Assembly (NCBI GenBank): GCA_963845755.1
Contig: CAWJTV010000034.1
Coordinates: 64,001-128,000, forward strand
Source: an uncultured Planctomycetota bacterium
Lineage (GTDB): Bacteria > Planctomycetota > Planctomycetia > Isosphaerales > Isosphaeraceae
DNA length: 64,000 nt
Direction of reading: 5' to 3'
Shown here: positions 38,378 through 49,452 of the stretch, piece by piece
Position numbering within the stretch: position 1 is the first letter of the stretch
Layout: every line of letters starts with the position of its first letter
Made by a program: the position numbers and the translations under genes
The notes under the pieces: generated by a model
Databases searched by the model: none
What the model saw: the letters and a program-made list of their open reading frames with translations, nothing else
What the model was told of the DNA's origin: nothing

Positions 38378-40490
38378 TCACCGCTCGGTTGGCTTCGTAG
38401 GTAAGATGGGTTCGATGACCATCAGGTCATTCTGGTCATTGTAATGGTTTCCGGCTTCCGCGGCGATGCGTGTGACTCGCCCATCAACGCGGGAACGGAG
38501 CGTGAGTCTGGCCCGATGATCCTCACCCTCCTGTGGGATGTTCTTGATCTCCCCTTCGGTCATCCCGTAGCCCCGCAGTCTGTCTTGGGCGAGGCGAACG
38601 CCAAGTCCGGACCGCTCCTCAGCGATCTTGGTAGTAGCCAACCCATCTTCTGACACGAAGCCTTTCGCATTCATGTCGCGGCTCCACCGGAGTCGTCCTT
38701 TCGCACGCTCCGACTCGCTGAGGGCCGTCCTGTATTCCATCTTGGCCGACTCGAGGCGGGTGCTGAACAGCTCGAGTAGCGGATCGCCTCTCTTGACGGT
38801 CTGCCCAACCTTGACGTGGACCTTCTCCACCAGGCAATCAAACGGCGGGTGGACGATCGAGCGGGGATCGGACCGAATCGCATGGTAGGGATCGTAGAGC
38901 CGGTGGACCACGCCCTGGTGGAGCTTCTCGATATTGACCTGGACATGGCAGACGGCGCAGTCATTCGCCGTGGGTTGGGGCGCTTCATAGCTTGTTCGAT
39001 CTCCTGCGAATGGTTCACCGCATGACAAGCGATGCAGTTATTCACCATGGCTTGGGTGCGCTTAGCAGCGGATCGTGTTTCCTTCACCGAGTTCGCGGGC
39101 TGTTCCCGTGATACCTCCCCTCCAGGTTGTGGTGTGTCGGAGGGTTTCCAGGTCATTCCCCCCACCCACGATTCGTGAGCGGCCACGCATTGCCAGCGGC
39201 CCTGGCGCTTGACGTAGACGTGGGTTAGAGACTCCGGTACTGGAACGGTTTGAATCGTGATCCGGCTGGTGGCCACCACAGTCTCGTCGAAGACGCGGGT
39301 TTTGACTTCATGGAGTTGGCGCGGTTGGTTGGAGAAAGCACCGTTGCGAACGTGGGACAGGTAGGATTCCTTGAGGAAGACGATTCCCATTGGGTCAACA
39401 CCCTCGAAGTCTTCGGCGAGAATCCGGTTAATAATCGCAACATCGCGCCGAGGTATCGCGGCGGTCCAGGCGCGATCGAGCATCTCGACATCGATCGCTG
39501 CGTCGCTGGACGCGCCGGCTCGGCGGCCTTGGCGGCCACCGAGGTGTGGTCGACAATTCCTCGACCGCTGTTAAGCTTCTGCGCGGTGGCCTGGGCCACC
39601 AGGGCTGCGGAGCCGGTGAGGATCAAGAGCATCGCGACCGCCGCCAGCTTGAGCTTGGTCCAGTACATGGTCCGTAACACTCCTTGAGTCAAAGTGGCCA
39701 CCGAGGCCGAGACGATCCCAGCGGTCGTCAGCCGGCCCCCGGTCAGCGATTGAGCGGCCCGGGTCGTGGCTTCGACCAAACTCTGTGACAAGCCCATGGG
39801 GAGCGTGGGGATGGTGATCGCGAAATCGGAGGGGGCCAGGCCGCGCCGGGTCAACCGATCGCGCAGGCGTGCCCGTGCCCGTGATAGCCGGCTCTTGACG
39901 GTTCCGACCGGCCAGCCGAGCCGTCGCGCCGCTTCGAGGTCGCTCGATCCCTCCAGGTCGCAGAGGATCACGGGGGCCTGGAGGCGATCGGGAAGGCGGG
40001 CGATCTCCTGGGCCAGGATCGACTGGAGCTCGGCGCGGTCGAGGGGGGATAACGACCCTTCCTCGGCCACGATCTCGAGCTGATCGAAACCCAGACGCTC
40101 TCGACCGTGGCGACGATGAATATCGGCTCTGGACCGTGTTGCCACTCGGGTGGCCACGCCGAATAGCCAGCGACCGATCGAGCCGTCCACCCGGACCGAG
40201 GCCGCCTTGCGGACCAGGACCAGGAACGTTGCCTGGAACGCATCCTCGGCGTCGTGCGGATCGACCAGGATGCGCCGGCAGACCCCCAGCACCATCGGCC
40301 CATGCCGCTCTATCAATACCGAGAAGGCCAGTTCCGAGACTTCATCGTGACCGGTCAGGAAACGCTCCAGGAGCTGACTGTCGGAGAGCCCGCTGAAGGT
40401 GCCTACCCTCAGCAACGAGTTGATCTGACCCAGGATAACCCTGGAGTTGCGCCTCACCATCGGCCTTCCCCCTTCACTCATGCCACTCAT
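38378..40490 (-). CDS. ECF sigma factor fused to TM, NTF2/DUF4440-like, two CxxCH motifs and HlyD-like modules (frameshifts near 39495 and 38980)
   Basis: RHGPMVLGVCRR, DAEDAFQATFLVL, GTVKSRLSRAR; DUF4440-like segment (YVKRQGRWQCVAAH); NCIACH and DCAVCH; VHVKVGQTVKRGDPL...LRSRVDG. The fusion is inferred across three frames. Confidence 0.7.
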
Positions 40491-40549
40491 CCTCTTCTAT
40501 GCCGTCAAGGGGGCGAGGCGTTCCCGATTTCCGGGGATCGACGGAAGTT

Positions 40550-40573
40550 GTAGGTCAGGCTTTCCTGCCTGAC
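40550..40573 (+). repeat. GTAG-type REP-like palindrome
   Basis: GTAG-gtcaggc-tttcct-gcctgac. Confidence 0.55.
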
Positions 40574-40581
40574 GCGGTTCA

Positions 40582-41905
40582 TCACCGCTTTGGCTCCTGG
40601 AGCGTGATGGTGCCGAGGTCGCGGTCTTCGCCGGGCTTGAGAGGTGGGACGTACTGGAACGCTTCGCGACCCGTCGAACTTGCCACGATGTAGAAGGACA
40701 TCCCAGGCACGAGTGCCTCGAGAGCGAATGCGCCTTCCGCTCCCGGTTTCTCGTTGTACTCGGCCCGCGCTGAGGCTTCCAGCAGATTGCTGTAGAACAT
40801 CTGCGAAAAAACCTCGTCGCGACCGAGGTTTTCGGGATTCTTCCGCATCACGATCATCGGGAAGACCTCGCCCTCAGTCATAGGGAGACCGCGGTGTTGG
40901 ACGACCCGGCCATGGACGCGTGCGGTTGGCTGGAGGCGGATCGCGACCGGAGTCGCCGCTTTGGGGTCGGGACGGATCTCGACGACCGTGGCGAGCCGAT
41001 GCCGGGCCGAGACGACGATGAGTTGATAGGTCCGGTTCGGATCGGCCCCGGGGAAAGTCAAGCGATCCCCGGGAAACTCGACGCCGCCCAGAACCCAGGT
41101 GGTTGAGGTTCCGGAAATCTCGGGACAGAATGCCACGAAGCGGGAGACTGGCTTACCGTCGGGTCCAACCACGCGAGCAGAGAAGGTCACTCCCTTGCGG
41201 ACTGCAATCTCGACCGGCGCGATCTCCCCGTTATCGGGCACGTTCAGTGAAGCGTGACCGTGCGTGAAGAAGGCTGTGCGCTCATTCCGGCCACGCAGGA
41301 ACTTGGTACGAATGTACTCGCCCGGGGCCTCAACCAGCAGGTCCCCTGCGCCAGGCATCGCTGAGAGCACGAATCGCCCGTCGGCGTCGGTCGGCACCGA
41401 ATTCTCCCGGTCGGTTGAGGAGACAACCGCTGCGCCGGCGACCGGCCGCCTGGTGTCGCCATCGATGACGCGGCCTTTCAGGATGCGCCCGACGTTCGAG
41501 CGCGAAGTTTTTCTCGAGGACCTTCGCGCCCGCAGGCCACCCCCTTTGCTGGTCGCTCGCGATCAGATAACCGGAATCCCCCGGTGGATAGACGGTCGTG
41601 ATATAGGTATCTCCCTGGTGGCCGGAGATCCGATAGCGTCCGTCCGCATCGGTGCGCGAATGCAAAGGCATGCCGCGGCCCCGACGCCTCGCCGTCATCT
41701 CGACAAGGATTCCGGCCAAAGGCTTGCCGGTGGCCTTGTCGGTCACGCGACCCTGGACCGGCCGCGCTGATTCGAGCGTGTGCGTGAAGGTCGGCTTGAC
41801 CGCTGTCGTCTCGAGGGCCTGCAATAACGCTGTCGGGGGATCGTTGTCGGCCGTGTTGACGATGACCTCGTCAACGGCGTAGTCGGCGTGGTGGAAAGTT
41901 AGCAT
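40582..41905 (-). pseudogene. Fragment of a carboxypeptidase-regulatory-like (Ig repeat) protein; N-terminus missing
   Basis: Repeats GRVTDKATGKP, TDADGRY/F, RVVGPDGKP; C-terminal PLKPGEDRDLG; several frame changes. Confidence 0.65.
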
Positions 41906-42556
41906 GGCATAAGACCCTAGACAGCGCCTCACACGTGCGTGGCACGCGCCCCCGCGCTGTGGCACGGTCTCCCGACCTGGCCACCCCGCCGATCGCAGGT
42001 CCCCTCCAGGACTCACCGACCGATGCGGGTGTCATCAAGTGGCACAATGGGACATCTTTTTCCCGGGTCGCCCTCCCCGATCTCTTTGGCTGATATCCGG
42101 TTGCGGCGACGACCTGGACCGGGAGGTGCGGTCCGGGCGTCCGTCTCGGCAGTGATCGCACGTGGGCCATACTCTCAGGATGCCGCAACTTTGGGAAACC
42201 GTTAATGCACCTAGCGGGGATTTCGGCCGATCGTCGCCCCAAATCTCAGCCCCAGCAGCAGATAAAAAATCCGAAATTATTTTCAGGCTGAAGTTTAGGG
42301 CCCGGTTCAAACCAGAGTAACACCTGGCGGAGTAACGCGTCGGCTACTTGGCCGGAACACCTTGCCCTGAAATCGTTTGTGGCCGGAACAGAACGGCCGT
42401 GCATCGCGAGAGGTGTTACCCTGGCTCCGACCGACATGAACCAGGCCGGATTACGGTCCGCTGCCGTCCCATCGGAGGATCCCCGGGCGATCGATGAATA
42501 CAACTTTTTTCGCGTTGTGTCGCTCAATGCGACGCGGCCTGACGGAGAAGGGCCCG

Positions 42557-43348
42557 TCAAAGTCCGGCCATGAACAGCAGCCGAATCGGGACCATCACCC
42601 AGCCGAGACGCGGGATGAACACCCACACGTACTGAGAATTCCCACTCCGATTTCCCATGCCGCCGTACCCGTAACCCGAGCCGTATCCGCCATTCCCGTT
42701 GCCGTATCCGCCATTCCCATAGCCGTATCCGCCATTCCCGTTGCCGTATCCGCCATTCCCGTTGCCCCAGCCGGAGAATCTCGACGTGTAGCCATTCCCG
42801 CTGTTGCCATTGCCCCAGCCGGAGAAGCCCGTCCCGTTGCCGGCCGTCGCATTCGACCCGAGAGCATTACCGAGCCGCGAGGATCGGCGTGAGCCCGCCA
42901 GGTTATTCAGATTCTGTCCGGAGTTCGCGACGCCGTTGCGGGCCGCTCCTGAGCCGGGCGTCTGCCCAACGCGCGGAATCTGATTGGAGTGGCGCATAGC
43001 GACCGGCGCGCGCGATGCTGGGCCGCGAGGAGCCGTGGAGCCACGGTTTGCCATGGGAGAACGACGGGATACACCGCCTCGATTGGTCGCTGGTCCTCGA
43101 GAGGCCATACCGACCCGAGGGCTCGTGGGGCGTCGAACGGCCATACCACCGTGATGCACAGCGCCCGAGCCGTGATGGACGGCCGCACCGCCATGATGGC
43201 CACCGCCACCCCCGTGATGGCCGCCCCCGCCATGGCCGCCACCGTGTCCTCCCTTCGCGAGGGCCGGAATGGCCAGGATCGCCAGGATCGCCAGGATGAG
43301 GCCCGAGGACCGGATCGTCCGCGGTATCGAGCTTTCGAATGGTCGCAT
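42557..43348 (-). CDS. Gly/His/Asn-rich low-complexity exported protein
   Basis: Signal peptide, GGHGGG run, (GNGGYG)n repeats, hydrophobic C-terminus. Confidence 0.6.
   Translation of the reverse strand: MRPFESSIPRTIRSSGLILAILAILAIPALAKGGHGGGHGGGGHHGGGGGHHGGAAVHHGSGAVHHGGMAVRRPTSPRVGMASRGPATNRGGVSRRSPMANRGSTAPRGPASRAPVAMRHSNQIPRVGQTPGSGAARNGVANSGQNLNNLAGSRRSSRLGNALGSNATAGNGTGFSGWGNGNSGNGYTSRFSGWGNGNGGYGNGNGGYGYGNGGYGNGNGGYGSGYGYGGMGNRSGNSQYVWVFIPRLGWVMVPIRLLFMAGL
42681..42765. repeat. About four tandem 21-bp repeats (gccgtatccgccattcccgtt) encoding GNGGYGN
   Basis: Visible tandem copies inside the Gly-rich ORF. Confidence 0.8.
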
Positions 43349-43436
43349 CGCCGCTCTCCTTCGCAAGGGGTCGACTCCCGGAGATTCTCGGAGAGACTCC
43401 GATTCAGAAACTGTCCGAGAACGGGGTCCGGCCTTT

Positions 43437-43496
43437 GTAGGGTGGGTGAAACCCACCAAGAAGACGCTCGATCCTGGTGGGTTTCACCCACCCTAC
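43437..43496. repeat. Inverted GTAG-REP doublet (REPIN-like)
   Basis: gtagggtgggtgaaacccacc-18 nt-ggtgggtttcacccaccctac; perfect 21-bp inverted pair, each arm itself palindromic. Confidence 0.8.
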
Positions 43497-43895
43497 TCAG
43501 TTCTCGGATCGTCTCTAAGGTTTCTACGGCCGGCGATCCCGGAGAGTTCTGCTGCGATCGACTTATTGGCTTCTTTCTCGAAAGGTAACCGGCCTTCACC
43601 CATCCGAGGGAGGTGGAATCCATTAGTCCGCAAGACCTTCCCTGACACGCCATGAGCTGAGGAATCCTGGTCGGTGTTGCGAGACATCAACACGCAGTGA
43701 GGAATTCTGTCAGCATCCCTCACAAATCATTATTGCGCGACTAACACTTTACATCAGAGGGCGAAGAGTGCGCCCGCACGAACATGCGGCTTGCTGAATC
43801 GGCGTGCCTCTGCGGGTTGATGCCGCAAGCCCATGGATCTTGCAGCGATCCGAAAAACCACCTTGAAGAAACCGACTCATTTCATGGGAGTCCTG

Positions 43896-44594
43896 ATGCG
43901 TCCGAACGCCATCTTGACGGCAATCGCCTTGTTTGCGTCCATGATCGGCGCCGCCGATGCCGGGCAGCTCACCGACCTGCAACTCTTCGATGGGACATCC
44001 GGGTCGCCCACGGTCACGATCGACTACACCAACGCCGACGGCACCGGTAAGGACTCGGCCTACGTCTACGCCGATCCCCAGGTGAGCAATGGCACAACCA
44101 ATCCGATGTATTACTGCGTGGACCTCTGGCACGACAACTACCTGGGATCAACCTACACGATCAACCGCGTCTCGAGCCTGGCGTTCAGCAACAGCACGTT
44201 CTCCGACGTGGACAACCGGATCGGCTGGCTGCTGACCCAGGACCAGAGCACGCCCGACGCCCGCGCCGCCGTGCAACTGGCTATCTGGTACACGACGGAT
44301 GACGTCCACAACTCTCAACTGGACGGCTTCTCGATCCAGACCAGTGATGCCACGATCACCAACGACTATGACAGGCTCATCGAGTTCGCCGGATACAACC
44401 CCAATACTCCCTACCTCGCCGACTTCTGGCAGGCGACCCACGATCCTTCCAACACGCTGTACCAGAACCTGGTCAGCGCTTCTGGGAGCTTCAGCCCGTT
44501 AGCAATCTCGATCCCCGAGCCCGGCAGCCTCGCCCTGGCGGGCATCGGCCTGCTCTCGGTGGCGGGCGCCGACTTCTGGCGGCGCAGGTTCTGA
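43896..44594 (+). CDS. PEP-CTERM sorting-domain secreted protein
   Basis: Signal peptide; YCVDL and AAVQLAIW motifs; C-terminal IPEPGSLAL-TM-RRRF. Confidence 0.85.
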   Translation: MRPNAILTAIALFASMIGAADAGQLTDLQLFDGTSGSPTVTIDYTNADGTGKDSAYVYADPQVSNGTTNPMYYCVDLWHDNYLGSTYTINRVSSLAFSNSTFSDVDNRIGWLLTQDQSTPDARAAVQLAIWYTTDDVHNSQLDGFSIQTSDATITNDYDRLIEFAGYNPNTPYLADFWQATHDPSNTLYQNLVSASGSFSPLAISIPEPGSLALAGIGLLSVAGADFWRRRF

Positions 44595-44663
44595 ACGACC
44601 CAGGATGGGGACGGATTCCGCCGGATTCGGGCGTCGTCAGCACGCGACCCGCGAATCCGACGG

Positions 44664-46973
44664 TTACTTCGGTAGCGGGATCGATTGGCGTTCGATCGAC
44701 CGGTAGTCCGGTGCGAGCTCGGTCACCTCGATGATCTGGTCGGCCGCGATGTCGCGGAAGACCTGGCTGGTCCCACTGGTCGGCCAGTCGATCTGGAGCA
44801 CCGCGACGCGATCGGCCTTGCCCAGGCCGATCGTCTGTCGCAACGGGTTGGCCCCGAAGCTCGATCCCGAAGAGACGTGCCGGTGGACGGTCAGCGGATG
44901 CTCGCCGGCCGTGACCACCTTGATCCGGGCGCCGATGGCCGCGCGGTTGGTCTTGCTCCCGATCAGCCTGACCGTCAGCCAGTGGTTCTCCCGGCCCGGG
45001 TTCTGAAACAGAATATTATGATATTTGTCGCCATGGGTCACGCCACCCATCTGGATGAAGACGTCGATGTCGCCGTCATCGTCCCAGTCGCCGCAGGCCA
45101 CGGCATGACCTTTCTGGAGGTGGCCGGTCCCCGAGGAGCCGGTGATCTCCGCGAACCGCGTGCCGTCAACGTTCTTGAACATTCGGTTGGGGACCAGGGT
45201 GCCCAGGTCGGGATCGCCGGTACCCAGATACATGTCGAGGAAGCCGTCGTTGTCGAGATCGCCGTAATTACTCCCCATCGTGGCGAAGACCATGTCCAGC
45301 CCGGCTTCTCTCAACCGGTCCTCGAAGCCGTGGCCGCCGCGATTGTGGAAGAGGCGATTCGAGAATCGGTGGTGAGTCTGGCCGAGGAGTCCGCGGACGA
45401 CATCGGCGAGCGAACGATCGTAGCTGGTCGCGAAGAGATCCAGCCAGCCGTCATTGTCGTAGTCCCAGGCCCAGCATGAGAAACCCCCGCGTGGCCCGTC
45501 GATTTCCATCGGTGCGGTCGCGTCACGGAAGGTACCGTCGCCCTGATTGCGATACAGCCGGGGGAGTCCACTCATACAGGTCACGAAGAGGTCGGGGAAA
45601 CGATCGTTGTCGTAGTCGATCCAGGCGCACCCCTTGTTGAACGCGTCCGCATCTCCAGCGACTCCGGCCTGGGCCGCGACTTCCGCGAAAGTGCCATTTC
45701 CCCGATTGCGGTAGAGGCGGTTAGGCTGCTTCTCGCAGGCGATGAAGAGGTCGAGCCAGCCGTCGTTGTCGTAGTCGGCCCAGGCCGCCGCGTTGGAATT
45801 GACCGCTTCGAGCAGGCCGGCTTTCTCCGTGACGTCGATGAAACGGCCGTTGCCATCGTTCTTCAGCAGCGACGGCCGGATCGGGAAAGGCAGCCACGCA
45901 CCCCGCGGGATGAAGAGGTCCAGGTGGCCATCGTTGTCGTAATCGGTCTGGTAGCAGACCAGGCCGCCCATCTGGCTCGAGGCGCCGGCCGAGTCGCTTC
46001 GATCCTCGAACGTGCCATCTCCCCGGTTGTGATAGAACGCCAACGGCTGAGTGGGGTCCATGGAGGTCACGACGACGTCGAGACGGCCATCGCCGTCGAA
46101 ATCGTCCATCACCGCGCCGCCCGCTTGGTTAAGGCGGTCGAGACCCACGATATGACCGACGTCTCGGAACTTGCCGATATCGAACTCGGACGCGAGGAAT
46201 CGATCCAGGGAGACCCGGAATCGCGGCTCGATTCTCTCCGGGTATTCGCCCAGGGTCATATGGGCCAGATTCAAGAGCCAGCGGACGCCGAGGTCCTCGG
46301 GGAACCGCTCGAGATACTCGTGAAAATGCCGGATGGCCAGTCGAGACCCGGCGGGATTCGTATGCACGGCGGCCGGGACGATGGGGAGGATGCAGGAACT
46401 CTCGCCCCGGCAGTCGATGCAGTTGTCATTCTCGCCGCGACGCAGGGCGGTCACTCCCTGGAAGTAGATGACGGTATAGAGCCACCGTTCGGCCAGAGGA
46501 ACCCGCGACTCCAGCGACGTCCGAGCCTCTTCGAGGATGCGATAGGCTCGCGCCGGCTCACCCTGGTAATTGATGAGCGAGGCTTTCATCAGGGTCAGGG
46601 TGATGCGGCGTTCCTCGGACGTATCCGAACGGGCGAGAGTCTGGTCCAGGCGTTCGATGTCCCGATCGCCCGCATGGCGGAAGACATCAGCGACCTGCTC
46701 CAAACTGGCCGTGGACGGCCAGCGTTCGAGCATCGGCAGGATCGCCATGAAGCCGCCGGTATCGAGCGACGCTCGCTCCCGGTAGGCCAGTTGCGCCGAC
46801 ACGCCGGCCCGGTGAGTTGCGAGGCCCCTCCAATACTTCATGACCGCCCCCGCGATCGTCGCCGCGAGCAGTAGCAATCCGAGCAAGAGCTTCGCGATCC
46901 CGCCGACCCGGCGTCTCTGGGGGACAATCCGATCCATGGGAGGTTGCTCGCCTTGGCCGTGGCCATTGACCAT
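44664..46973 (-). CDS. CRTAC1/ASPIC-UnbV family FG-GAP repeat protein
   Basis: Multiple DYDNDGWLDL repeats, NRAAIGARI, GLG...IDWP. Confidence 0.9.
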   Translation of the reverse strand: MVNGHGQGEQPPMDRIVPQRRRVGGIAKLLLGLLLLAATIAGAVMKYWRGLATHRAGVSAQLAYRERASLDTGGFMAILPMLERWPSTASLEQVADVFRHAGDRDIERLDQTLARSDTSEERRITLTLMKASLINYQGEPARAYRILEEARTSLESRVPLAERWLYTVIYFQGVTALRRGENDNCIDCRGESSCILPIVPAAVHTNPAGSRLAIRHFHEYLERFPEDLGVRWLLNLAHMTLGEYPERIEPRFRVSLDRFLASEFDIGKFRDVGHIVGLDRLNQAGGAVMDDFDGDGRLDVVVTSMDPTQPLAFYHNRGDGTFEDRSDSAGASSQMGGLVCYQTDYDNDGHLDLFIPRGAWLPFPIRPSLLKNDGNGRFIDVTEKAGLLEAVNSNAAAWADYDNDGWLDLFIACEKQPNRLYRNRGNGTFAEVAAQAGVAGDADAFNKGCAWIDYDNDRFPDLFVTCMSGLPRLYRNQGDGTFRDATAPMEIDGPRGGFSCWAWDYDNDGWLDLFATSYDRSLADVVRGLLGQTHHRFSNRLFHNRGGHGFEDRLREAGLDMVFATMGSNYGDLDNDGFLDMYLGTGDPDLGTLVPNRMFKNVDGTRFAEITGSSGTGHLQKGHAVACGDWDDDGDIDVFIQMGGVTHGDKYHNILFQNPGRENHWLTVRLIGSKTNRAAIGARIKVVTAGEHPLTVHRHVSSGSSFGANPLRQTIGLGKADRVAVLQIDWPTSGTSQVFRDIAADQIIEVTELAPDYRSIERQSIPLPK

Positions 46974-47118
46974 TCAGGACGCGGGTGTTGTCTTGTGCCG
47001 TACGGGCCAGTATAACGCGCCTCGATCGACGTTCCGAAGTCCGCCGCGGGGAAACCCGCAGGATTCCGGGTCGTCGCTTGCGGCTACGGCTGCACGAAGG
47101 ACATCCTGAGCGGCGTAT

Positions 47119-48324
47119 TCAGGACGACCGCGTACGACGGGCGAGGAGGGCCTCGACCAGGAGATCGTTGGCGTTTTGCCAGCGGTAGTGTCCGGCGATC
47201 GCCCGGCCCAGCATGGCCCGACGCGTCCGTTCGGAGGAGTCGTCGAGCAAGCGGCGCAGACTATCGGCGATCGCGTCCTCGGAATAGGGGTTGAAATACC
47301 AGGCCGCCTCGCCGCCGATCTCGGGCAGGGCAGTCGAGTCGGCCAGCGCGATGGGGAGTCCTTGTGACATCGCCTCGACGGCGGGGATTCCGAAGCTCTC
47401 GCAGAGCGAGGGGAAGACCAGGGCCGTGGCCTCGGCATAGACGGCACGCAGAGCTCGGCCCTGACGGTAGCCCGGCATGCGAATGAGGGCGCGTCGCCCC
47501 GCCGCGACCGCCGCGTCGCGCAACGGGCGAGCCGCCTCCTCGGCGCCGGCACCGATGAGCACCAACGCCAGATCGCCGGCTGCGACTTCGGGCAGCCGGG
47601 CGGCGGCATTGATCAGACGCACCAGGTTCTTCCGCGGCTGGAAGTTCGCCACGGATAGCAGATACGGGACCTTCGGAGGCAGACCCAGGTCCTCGCGGAC
47701 CCGTTCCCGGTCGTGGTTCGGAGCCGGCTCGAAAAACAGGTCGTCGGCCGCGTTGGGCACGTATGCCACACGACCTCGGCAGGCCGGGAACGCGTCGAGC
47801 AGTTGCTCGGTGTTGAATCGGGAGACGGAGAGGATCAGATCGGCCGGTTCGAGGACGCGGGCCAGCAGGTCCCGTCTTCGCGGCGACTCGAAGCGCAGGG
47901 TCTGCAATACGTCGTGGCTGGTCACCGCCCGCCGAGCCGTTCGGGTAGGGACCAGGAACTCGGCCGGGCAGTACAGCCAGTCGATCGGGCCGGTCCACCA
48001 CTCGATCGGCGGCCAGGGCTTGATCCGCCACCAACGCAGGAGGTCGCGGGTGCGCAAGGGCAGCTCGCGCCGCGAGGCCAGATCGAGCGACTCCCAGTAG
48101 GCCAGGCCATCAGGATGCTTCATCCGTCCAGTCAGCAGGCGGAACGCGATTCCCGGCCGGCGTGCCAGTCGTTCGAGCTGTGCCAGGGCATGTCGGGTGA
48201 CGCCAGTCGGTGTGCGACAGGCGTCCATGTCGTACAGCAAGGCGACCCGCAAGTCCGGCATCGCCGGCGCGGAGGTCGCCGTGTCGATCGTCCTGAGCCC
48301 GAGCTGCGCATCTCCTGTCACCAT
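47119..48324 (-). CDS. Glycosyltransferase family 4
   Basis: PRKNL, FPSLCESFGIPAVEAM, LPEIGG. Confidence 0.9.
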   Translation of the reverse strand: MVTGDAQLGLRTIDTATSAPAMPDLRVALLYDMDACRTPTGVTRHALAQLERLARRPGIAFRLLTGRMKHPDGLAYWESLDLASRRELPLRTRDLLRWWRIKPWPPIEWWTGPIDWLYCPAEFLVPTRTARRAVTSHDVLQTLRFESPRRRDLLARVLEPADLILSVSRFNTEQLLDAFPACRGRVAYVPNAADDLFFEPAPNHDRERVREDLGLPPKVPYLLSVANFQPRKNLVRLINAAARLPEVAAGDLALVLIGAGAEEAARPLRDAAVAAGRRALIRMPGYRQGRALRAVYAEATALVFPSLCESFGIPAVEAMSQGLPIALADSTALPEIGGEAAWYFNPYSEDAIADSLRRLLDDSSERTRRAMLGRAIAGHYRWQNANDLLVEALLARRTRSS

Positions 48325-48605
48325 CCCTGCCCCCCACTTTCCACCCCTGGTGATCGTCGATCCTTATGGCGGGTTGATCGTAGGACAGCCCGCTTCGACT
48401 GTCAATTCCGGCGTCCGGCAGCGAGGGCCGGGCGCGTGGAACGCTCCGGTCTGACGAATCGTCGTGGCGCGGAGCTTGAATCCTGGCGAACCGGGATCAA
48501 CAATAGGAATCGATTGAACGGAGGACGCGCCGATGAGCGGGCGCTCACCCGCCCAGATGGAGCCGCGAGCGGCCAGACGGGGCCGGATCACGAAGGAGCC
48601 CAAGC

Positions 48606-49346
48606 ATGGGAATGAGTCGCGACGAGAGTCAAGAGGTACGGCGGTCATCAGGAGCAGTCGCTCCGCCCCAGGGCCGCCACGCGCTTCGCGAGCAGGAGGT
48701 GCTCTGGACCGAGTTCCTGGCCCTGGCCCGTACGGTCGTCGACTCGCTGGCCAAGAGCATCGACGCACTCTGTGAACGGCGCCTCGAGCTGGTGCCCGAA
48801 GTCAAGAGCGTGGAAGAAGAGTCCGATCGGGAAGAAGTGCGCATCGAGCAAGAGTGTCTGCGGATCCTGGCTCTCTATGAGCCGGTCGCCTCGGACCTGC
48901 GGCGGCTGGCAACCATCTTGAAGGTCAATCACGATTGGGAACGGATCGCCGATCTGGCGGCCCGGATCGCGCGACGTGCCCGCAAACTCGCCAAGAAGTG
49001 GGAGGGCGTCCCGATCCCCGAGCCCCTCAATACGCTCGCACGCGACGTGCTCGGCCAGGTTCGCGCGAGCTACGACGCCCTGAGCAACCGCGACTCCCAG
49101 CGAGCCCGGGCCGTCATCGACGGAGACCGCGCGATCAACCGGCAATATCACCAGCTCCGCAAGGGGCTCAAGGAAGACCTCCGCTTGCATGCCGGCCAGC
49201 TCAACGTCTGGCTCCAGTTCATGAGCACCGCACGGAACCTCGAGCGCATTGCCGATCACGCCACCGACATCGCGCAGACGATCGTCTACCTCCAGGAGGG
49301 GATCATCATCCGCCACAAGACGGAACCCTCCCCCGCGAACCCGTGA
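48606..49346 (+). CDS. phoU: Phosphate signalling protein PhoU
   Basis: LALYEPVASDLR, WERIADLA, LERIADHATDIA. Confidence 0.88.
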   Translation: MGMSRDESQEVRRSSGAVAPPQGRHALREQEVLWTEFLALARTVVDSLAKSIDALCERRLELVPEVKSVEEESDREEVRIEQECLRILALYEPVASDLRRLATILKVNHDWERIADLAARIARRARKLAKKWEGVPIPEPLNTLARDVLGQVRASYDALSNRDSQRARAVIDGDRAINRQYHQLRKGLKEDLRLHAGQLNVWLQFMSTARNLERIADHATDIAQTIVYLQEGIIIRHKTEPSPANP

Positions 49347-49452
49347 TCGCCCCGTACGGATGATGGGTCGCGTGTGGCGAGGCGAGACCGGTTCTCGAGC
49401 TGGTGACTTCGAACACGCAACGCTTCTCGAACAGTCGATTTCCCGGAGATCC

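Noticed and set aside
42681..42830. Short tandem repeats as a possible CRISPR array for the Cas4-like gene
   Set aside because: No unique spacers; they encode Gly/Asn/Tyr repeats. No CRISPR array or cas1/cas2 is seen in the window.
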